A DNA stretch of 64,000 nt from an uncultured Gammaproteobacteria bacterium (lineage in GTDB: Bacteria > Pseudomonadota > Gammaproteobacteria > UBA9214): NCBI GenBank assembly GCA_963748215.1, contig CAVVHS010000007.1:320001-384000 (forward strand), given 5' to 3'. Below, one piece after another: positions 57,975 through 64,000 of the stretch. A program made the translations under genes and the position numbers. Under the pieces are notes generated by a model, which was not told the origin of the DNA, searched no databases, and saw only the letters and a program-made list of their open reading frames with translations. Every line of letters begins with the position of its first letter. Within the stretch, counting starts at the first letter, position 1.

Positions 57975-58112
57975 GAAACCGGGAACCGGTCCAGCGGCAG
58001 GCCGGTACCTGGCGGGGGAGGCGCAAATCACGCTTGCCGGCACCTCGCACGTGCGCTAACGGAAACAGGGACAGTTCCGAGTTTCACCGGAATAGGATTG
58101 CAGAATATTCCC

Positions 58113-59393
58113 ATGCCAGCAGAGCCTGATCATATCGCCCTGTATTACCGCTTCGGGGCGGCCCTGCTGATCGGCCTGCTGGTGGGGCTGCAACGCGAGT
58201 ATTCGCAGCTGCAGCAGAAAGAATATGAAAAGATGTTTGGCGGGGTGCGTACCTATGCCCTGCTGGGGTTGCTTGGCTGCACGGCCGCCTTCATTGCAGA
58301 ACGCACCGGATCGGTGCTTGCGTTTGTGGTGATCATCGGCATCAGTGGTGGGCTGGTCATGATCGCCTATGCCGTGACGGTGCTGCGCGGCAGCATCGGC
58401 ATGACCTCGGAAGTGGCGGCGGTGATCACGCTGCTGACCGGCGCCTTGTGTTTCTGGGGCGAACTGGAGCTGGCCGCTGCCCTGGGTGTCACCATGACGG
58501 TGGTGCTGGCACTCAAGCTTCAGACACAGACGCTGGTGCGCAACATCACCCAGGCGGATGTCTACGCCACGCTGACCTTCGCCGTGATCGCGCTCGTTAT
58601 CCTGCCGGTGCTGCCGCGCACCAGCTTCGGACCGCCGCCATTCGACGTGCTGGTGCCGTACAAGATCTGGCTTATGGTGATCTTCATCTCCGGCATCAGC
58701 TTCCTCGGCTACGTGCTTATCAAGATCGTAGGGGCACGTCGCGGCGTGGGCCTGACCGGTCTGCTCGGCGGCCTGGCCTCGAGCACCGCCGTTACGCTCA
58801 GCTTCGCCCATCGCAGCCGTGACCTGCCCGGGCTGGCGCGGCCGTTTGCGCTGGCGATCCTGCTGGCCTGGAGCATTATGTTCGTGCGGGTCATGGTCGA
58901 GGTGGCGGTGCTCAACCAGCCACTGCTGCGCATTGTCTGGATTCCGCTGACCGCGGCGCTGGTCGTCAGCATGGCCTATTGCGTCTACCTGTACTACAGC
59001 CAGTCCGCCAGCAAGCAGGAAGAGGAAGACCACTTCAAGAACCCGTTTGAACTCGGGCCGGCGCTCAGCTTCGGCCTGCTGTACGCTGCCATTCTGCTGG
59101 CGGCCAATGCCGCGCGGCTCTACCTGGGGGATACCGGGGTCTACCTGTCCAGCATCGTCTCCGGTCTGGCCGATGTCGATGCCATCACGCTGTCGATGGC
59201 CGAGCTGAGCCGCGCCGGTGGCGCGATCGAGCAGTCAACGGCGGCTCGCGCGATCGTGCTGGCGGTTGTGTCGAATACCCTGGTCAAGGGCGGTATCGTG
59301 CTCAGTATGGGTTCCGCCGCGCTGGTCAGGGCAATCCTGCCCGGCATACTGGCGACGCTGGCCACGGCGGTCGGGGTGGTGTATCTGCTGTAG
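58113..59393 (+). CDS. MgtC/SapB + DUF4010 membrane protein
   Basis: IGLLVGLQRE, GGVRTY, GMTSE, GGLASSTAVT, SGLADVDAIT. Confidence 0.88.
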   Translation: MPAEPDHIALYYRFGAALLIGLLVGLQREYSQLQQKEYEKMFGGVRTYALLGLLGCTAAFIAERTGSVLAFVVIIGISGGLVMIAYAVTVLRGSIGMTSEVAAVITLLTGALCFWGELELAAALGVTMTVVLALKLQTQTLVRNITQADVYATLTFAVIALVILPVLPRTSFGPPPFDVLVPYKIWLMVIFISGISFLGYVLIKIVGARRGVGLTGLLGGLASSTAVTLSFAHRSRDLPGLARPFALAILLAWSIMFVRVMVEVAVLNQPLLRIVWIPLTAALVVSMAYCVYLYYSQSASKQEEEDHFKNPFELGPALSFGLLYAAILLAANAARLYLGDTGVYLSSIVSGLADVDAITLSMAELSRAGGAIEQSTAARAIVLAVVSNTLVKGGIVLSMGSAALVRAILPGILATLATAVGVVYLL

Positions 59394-59677
59394 CCCGGTT
59401 GTCACTTGCCGCCAGTGGGCCCGGGTGGATGCTGGCGGCGGCAGCGCCGTCTGGCCCGCTCACCGCATCCGGCGGGTTGTGTACTGCCGGAACGGATCCC
59501 GCATTACCATGCTTTGATACTTACGGCGAGCATCCAGTCTAGGAACATACTGCGCGCCGAATTTTCAACTTCCCTTGCGAACTTTTTCAACCCTGTTGGC
59601 CCGAACACGAGCATTATATTTAAAAATACGGCGACCAACGAATGAACGAAGGCCGCTGTGTGAGGAATAGCGCTTTG

Positions 59678-60244
59678 TTAAGCCGCCTTCCTACGCCTGC
59701 CTATCCCTATTAAACCCAGCAGTCCGGAGCCGAATAGCCAGGCAGCTGGGGGGGTGGGTACGTGTGACACCACGAAATCAAAACCATATGCATTTCGACT
59801 TAATGTTTGCAACAAGGATATTTCTATAATGTCGTTTTCTATCGGCGAGGAGAAACCAGGTCCCCAAAGGGTGTCAAGCAACGGCAGGATATCGACGCCT
59901 AAATCGTCTTGATTGACACTGAGGTGCTGCAAGCTGTCCGCGTAGTGGAGATTTAATCCAATATTGTACCCATTATCAGGCACTGGAAACTTTGTAAGAA
60001 TAATTGAATCAAGTCGAAAGCCATTTCTAAGGTCGATAGAAAAACTGTCTGCCGTGTCCGGGTATGCCCCAAGCTCACCATTTATCTCGTTACTTCCAGT
60101 GCCAACTTCAAGGATAAGTATCGCTGCATTCAGGCCAGGTAAATCTCCACTGGCCAGTTCGTCATATACGATGACTGCGTTGACGGACGAATGCCAGCAC
60201 ATCACAAGTAGTATGGATAATGGTTTGACAGTTTCATTGAACAT
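59678..60244 (-). CDS. VPLPA-CTERM (PEP-CTERM-like) surface protein in a low-GC patch
   Basis: Signal-like N-terminus; C-terminal VPTPPAAWLFGSGLLGLIGIGRRRKAA. Confidence 0.85.
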   Translation of the reverse strand: MFNETVKPLSILLVMCWHSSVNAVIVYDELASGDLPGLNAAILILEVGTGSNEINGELGAYPDTADSFSIDLRNGFRLDSIILTKFPVPDNGYNIGLNLHYADSLQHLSVNQDDLGVDILPLLDTLWGPGFSSPIENDIIEISLLQTLSRNAYGFDFVVSHVPTPPAAWLFGSGLLGLIGIGRRRKAA

Positions 60245-60658
60245 TGCTTTTTCTTGAACACCTCGCCACATTGATGATCGATGGTTCAAAAGATGGATTA
60301 TCTTATTGACTCTTCGGGTATGCATGAGGCACAAGTCCTGCTGCTGTCAACGACATGGAACCATGCCGTTATTGACCCGCAGCCGAATTGCTCTCTGTGA
60401 ATATGACTCTCGTTTGAAGATAGCCATTGTCGATGGCGTTAACGTCTGTGAGTGATGCTGGCTTGAGCAGAAAAGTTAATAGTTGCGGATGAGCTCACAA
60501 TATCCACACCACATCCCCGTCAAACGGGAGACGAAACATAACTTTAGGTTTGATAGGTAAAGAACTGTTTATGGCTTGGTGTCCGGATTGACCATACCCC
60601 GGTCATTCGAGCCATGCGTGATGCGGGATTTCCTGTCAGTTGGAATGCCGGCCTGCAA

Positions 60659-61858
60659 TCATGCGCCTGATGTCTTCCCCCATACCGCGAACACCGGGTC
60701 CGACCGCGACAGCTGGCCGGTGTACTTGTCGTCGGCCGGGCGCGGGTATCCGTGCACCGATTCACTGGCCAGCCCGGTGAAATTACCCGCCGCGCGCAGG
60801 TACTCCAGCACCAGGCCCATACGCTCGAACGGGTGCAGCTCGCTCCACAGCGCAATCGCCTTGGTCGGGAACCAGCGGTCGGAAAAGGTAATGACGAGCG
60901 GGGTTTCAGGCTTCAGCACGCGACCCAGCTCGCGCAGCACCGCCACCGGTTGGGTCAGGTATTCGATGGACACAGTGCAGACGGCCGCGTCGAACGTGCC
61001 ATCGCCGAACGGCAGGACCGGGTCCAGGTTCAGGTCGTGCACCACGCGCTGCGCGAGCCGTGGATTGTGCGCCAGCTCGTCCGCGTTCATGCCCAGCCCG
61101 GTGACCTGCAGGCCGTCGGTATCCCCGGGCAGGTGCGACACCCAGCTGCTCATCAGGTCGAGCACCCGCATGCCGGGGGCGAGGAAACGGCGGTGGATGG
61201 CCACGATGTTGTCGATGGCCGTGCTGTCGATATGCTGTACCAGGCGTGGCTGCGCGTAGAACTGCGCATCCTCGCGCGTGTCCATGCGCCGAAACGGGTC
61301 GGCGGAAAACCAGTCCGTGGCGCCGGGTGCCTGCAGCGTTTCCAGGCCGACGCCGGCGTCGAGCGCGTCCATGACGAGGTCGTTGCAGCGTCCGCCGTGT
61401 TCGCCGGCAGGGCCGATCCGCCGGTCGATGCGTGCCGCGACGGTGAGCGGCAGGCATGCCAGCGGGTGGTTGAGATCCAGTGTGACCGAGGCCTCGTCCA
61501 GCTCGACGATGCGCAGCGGCTGTACGTTTTCCGGATAGATGTCCGCCGTGCCGGCCGCAATGTAGCGCGGGTAGTGGCGGCCGCGGAAAATCTGTATTGG
61601 CGGGCCGTTGCGGCGCTGCAGCTTGAGCGCGCTGCGCGGGATATGATGCAGGTTGCGGTCTGTGTACGGCGGCACCAGCTCGCCGGGTGCGAAATTATCG
61701 GTGACCCACTCGCCCTCGCTGGGCGGGAGTTTGAGCGACAGCGCGCCCGGCAGGATGTCACGCCAGAAGTTGATTTTCCCGAAGTACTGCCGGTTGCCGT
61801 GCGTGATTGCGTCCTGTTGCCAGTCGATGCGCAATTCCACGGCGGCCTGTTCTGTCAT
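60659..61858 (-). CDS. Class I SAM methyltransferase with N-terminal SlyD/FKBP-like domain
   Basis: LDLNHPLA; FYAQPRLVQHID, VLDLMSSWVSH, VSIEYLTQP, FPTKAI. Confidence 0.8.
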   Translation of the reverse strand: MTEQAAVELRIDWQQDAITHGNRQYFGKINFWRDILPGALSLKLPPSEGEWVTDNFAPGELVPPYTDRNLHHIPRSALKLQRRNGPPIQIFRGRHYPRYIAAGTADIYPENVQPLRIVELDEASVTLDLNHPLACLPLTVAARIDRRIGPAGEHGGRCNDLVMDALDAGVGLETLQAPGATDWFSADPFRRMDTREDAQFYAQPRLVQHIDSTAIDNIVAIHRRFLAPGMRVLDLMSSWVSHLPGDTDGLQVTGLGMNADELAHNPRLAQRVVHDLNLDPVLPFGDGTFDAAVCTVSIEYLTQPVAVLRELGRVLKPETPLVITFSDRWFPTKAIALWSELHPFERMGLVLEYLRAAGNFTGLASESVHGYPRPADDKYTGQLSRSDPVFAVWGKTSGA

Positions 61859-61928
61859 GGTGCTTATCCGTATAAATGGAAAATTACTGTGTTGTTGGAG
61901 GGCATGGTGTTTTTACTGCTACAACTGA

Positions 61929-62198
61929 ATGGCCACGGAATCCACGGAAGAACACGGAAAAATAAAACCGGCATTGTATATGGCCCCGGGTGTATACGGG
62001 ATAAATCGCAATGCTACCTGCGTGCAGAGTTTGCGCAGTCAAGTCAGCGAATATCCGGCAGGCTGGAAAGTTCTTCTGTCCCCATTTGATATTCCTGTAC
62101 AAACTATCAGTGGCTGATAACGAATCAAGCGCCGGGTTCTCTCTGTCAAAAAACGTTGCTTTTTTCTTTCCGTGTTCTTCCGTGGGTTCCGTGGCTAT
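61929..62198. repeat. Inverted pair of (CACGGAA)x3 units
   Basis: atggccacggaatccacggaagaacacggaa at 61929; ttccgtgttcttccgtgggttccgtggctat ending 62198. Confidence 0.85.
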
Positions 62199-62229
62199 TC
62201 CAGATCATGCAAGAATTTTGTTGCCAGGG

Positions 62230-63219
62230 TCAGTATTCCGCATGGTCCTGGCTGAGCTCGATGTAGAACGTCGACAGGACCTTTTCCGGTTCCTTGCGTG
62301 CTGGCAGCGTCTGGCGGATGCGCGCCTCGACCCGTGCGGCATCGATGACCTGCCGGTCGATAATGCGCGGGTAGAGCCGGTACTGCTGCGCCAGCTTGAG
62401 CGGCTGCACACGGGCATGCTGCTCGAAGGTGGCACGCGTTGCCGTGTCCAGCGCGGGCAGCAACAGCTGCCAGGGGGCCTGCCAGCGGATAAAGTCATCG
62501 ATCAGCTGGCGGTGCATCGCATCGTGGTGCGTGGCATCGATCAGGGTGGCGGGAAAGGCGTCGCCGGCCAGCGTGCGGCCTGCCAGTACGGCGTCGAGGT
62601 CGATACCCGCCACGCCACAGCCGCTGCCGTCGTCCCGGCGTCGAAAGACCTGGGCGGCGGGGGTCGGGCCGGCACAGTCGTTGATGTAGGCGCCCAGGTA
62701 GTCGGCGATGGCCCCGGCCGCGGTGGCGTCGATACCGAGCTGTCCGGCAGCCGTGGAGATGAAGGTGCGCCGGCAGTTCTGGCCGGTCAGCCACACCAGA
62801 GATTGCCGGCTGGCCAGCTCATCCGGTGCCACGGCGCTGTCCAGCAGCACCAGCGGGCGCGCTGTCCGGTCCAGCAGCCACAGTTCGTAGTGGTCGTGGA
62901 AGGGGAAGGGGACCTGGTCGTGTACCGTCAGCAGGTGCTCGTACACACGCTGCCCCATCTGTTCCATGCGCCGGAAATCCTCGGAAGGAAAGATCGGACC
63001 GCGCCGGAGTCCCTTGTCCTGCGACCAGGCGCCGAAACGGATGTCGCTGACCTGCGGCCTGCCGTGACCCGCCAGGTCTTCCATCAGGCCGTCGTTGCTG
63101 ACGTAGATATCCCAGTGCACGCCATCCGCCGTGACGGCGTCCGCCGAGCCGTAGCGCACGCAGTTCATACTGCCGCGAAACGGGTTGAGCATGCGTTGTG
63201 AGTAGCACTGAAAAGACAT
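62230..63219 (-). CDS. Conserved hypothetical protein
   Basis: 329-aa ORF with host codon usage; no recognised domain. Confidence 0.75.
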   Translation of the reverse strand: MSFQCYSQRMLNPFRGSMNCVRYGSADAVTADGVHWDIYVSNDGLMEDLAGHGRPQVSDIRFGAWSQDKGLRRGPIFPSEDFRRMEQMGQRVYEHLLTVHDQVPFPFHDHYELWLLDRTARPLVLLDSAVAPDELASRQSLVWLTGQNCRRTFISTAAGQLGIDATAAGAIADYLGAYINDCAGPTPAAQVFRRRDDGSGCGVAGIDLDAVLAGRTLAGDAFPATLIDATHHDAMHRQLIDDFIRWQAPWQLLLPALDTATRATFEQHARVQPLKLAQQYRLYPRIIDRQVIDAARVEARIRQTLPARKEPEKVLSTFYIELSQDHAEY

Positions 63220-63330
63220 CGTCCCGGTGCGCCTTTCTGACCGCGATTAGGCTATCCTACACCACCCGGGACGAGTATGCCCGGTGATGCCTAACCATAG
63301 ACTGCAACGCTTTCCGATCCGGATTCAAAC

Positions 63331-64000
63331 ATGCCTGTACTGCGACTCGACAAGGTTTCGCTCGCCTTCGGCCATCGCGCGCTGCTGGACGGCGTGGACC
63401 TGGAATTGCGCAGGGGCGAGCGCGTGTGCCTGGTGGGGCGCAATGGCGAGGGCAAGTCCTCGCTGCTGCGCGTGATCAGCGGCGAGCAGGCCGCCGATGA
63501 GGGCGAGGTATGGCTGCGTCCCGGTATGCGGATTGCCACGCTGGCGCAGGAGGTCACCCTGGACAGCGCGGCCCCCGTCTTCGACGTGGTGGCCGGTGGC
63601 CTGGGGGCGCTGGCGGAAGTGGTCTCAGCCTACCATCATGCCGCTCATGCGCTCGGGCAGCACCAGGACGCGGCCGCCATGGAACGGCTGGCGGACCTGC
63701 AGCACAAACTGGAGGCCGGCGATGGCTGGCAGCTCGAGCAGCGTGTGGAGGCCGTGTTGTCACGCCTGCAGCTGGACGGCGAGGCCGGCTTCGACACGCT
63801 GTCCGGCGGCTGGCGCCGCCGCGTGTTGCTGGCGCGCGCGCTGGTGTGCGAGCCGGACATCCTGCTGCTGGACGAGCCGACCAATCACCTCGACATCGAG
63901 GCCATCACCTGGCTGGAAGAGTTCATGGCGGACTTTGCCGGGGCGCTGCTGTTTATCACGCACGACCGGGCCTTCGTGCGGCGGCTGGCGACGCGCATCA
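63331..64000 (+). CDS. uup: ABC-F ATPase Uup, partial (runs off window)
   Basis: Own translation: [55 protein letters not shown]. Confidence 0.9.
   Translation, partial: MPVLRLDKVSLAFGHRALLDGVDLELRRGERVCLVGRNGEGKSSLLRVISGEQAADEGEVWLRPGMRIATLAQEVTLDSAAPVFDVVAGGLGALAEVVSAYHHAAHALGQHQDAAAMERLADLQHKLEAGDGWQLEQRVEAVLSRLQLDGEAGFDTLSGGWRRRVLLARALVCEPDILLLDEPTNHLDIEAITWLEEFMADFAGALLFITHDRAFVRRLATRI

Noticed and set aside
1-64000. tRNA, rRNA, riboswitch or autonomous transposase genes
   Set aside because: None recognised by eye; a covariance-model scan was not possible, so small RNAs could have been missed

Overview
High-GC gammaproteobacterial chromosomal DNA. The organism is plausibly a sulfur-oxidiser-like lineage, inferred from a SoxW-like thioredoxin and sulfur-globule-like proteins. 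Core and metabolic genes include gltA, pcm, mtnB/D/C, ychJ, two ABC-F genes (ybiT-like, uup), a PPi-type PEP carboxykinase, arfB, greB, a cold-shock protein, rdgC, typA and a short CbiX. No rRNA, tRNA, CRISPR array, transposase or integrase was recognised. The most notable structure is non-coding. (1) A lower-GC island (~18.6-30.1 kb) holds unrelated genes, mostly single and in both orientations, separated by a conserved, co-oriented ~88-bp module: a 30-bp imperfect palindrome, a ~28-bp core, and a second 30-bp palindrome. It looks like an integron-like cassette array whose sites are not canonical attC; one palindrome is split at its central GGCC by a 166-bp MITE. (2) A ~250-300-bp CTAG-bounded MITE family has 3 full copies and 1 solo end. 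It sits on TAG stop codons, interrupts one small gene, carries UNCG hairpins, and two copies carry CsrA-consensus hairpins. (3) Mosaic intergenic clusters combine CACGGAA triplets, GTAG-type REPs and heptamer repeats. Unusual proteins include a sulfur-globule-like/OmpA fusion, a (YGGGPG)12 secreted protein, an ATP-grasp/GNAT-C39/M14 peptide-modification locus and a signal-peptide-bearing Pcm. Two +1 frameshifts and one ATC start codon may be sequencing errors. All family assignments come from recalled motifs, not database searches.
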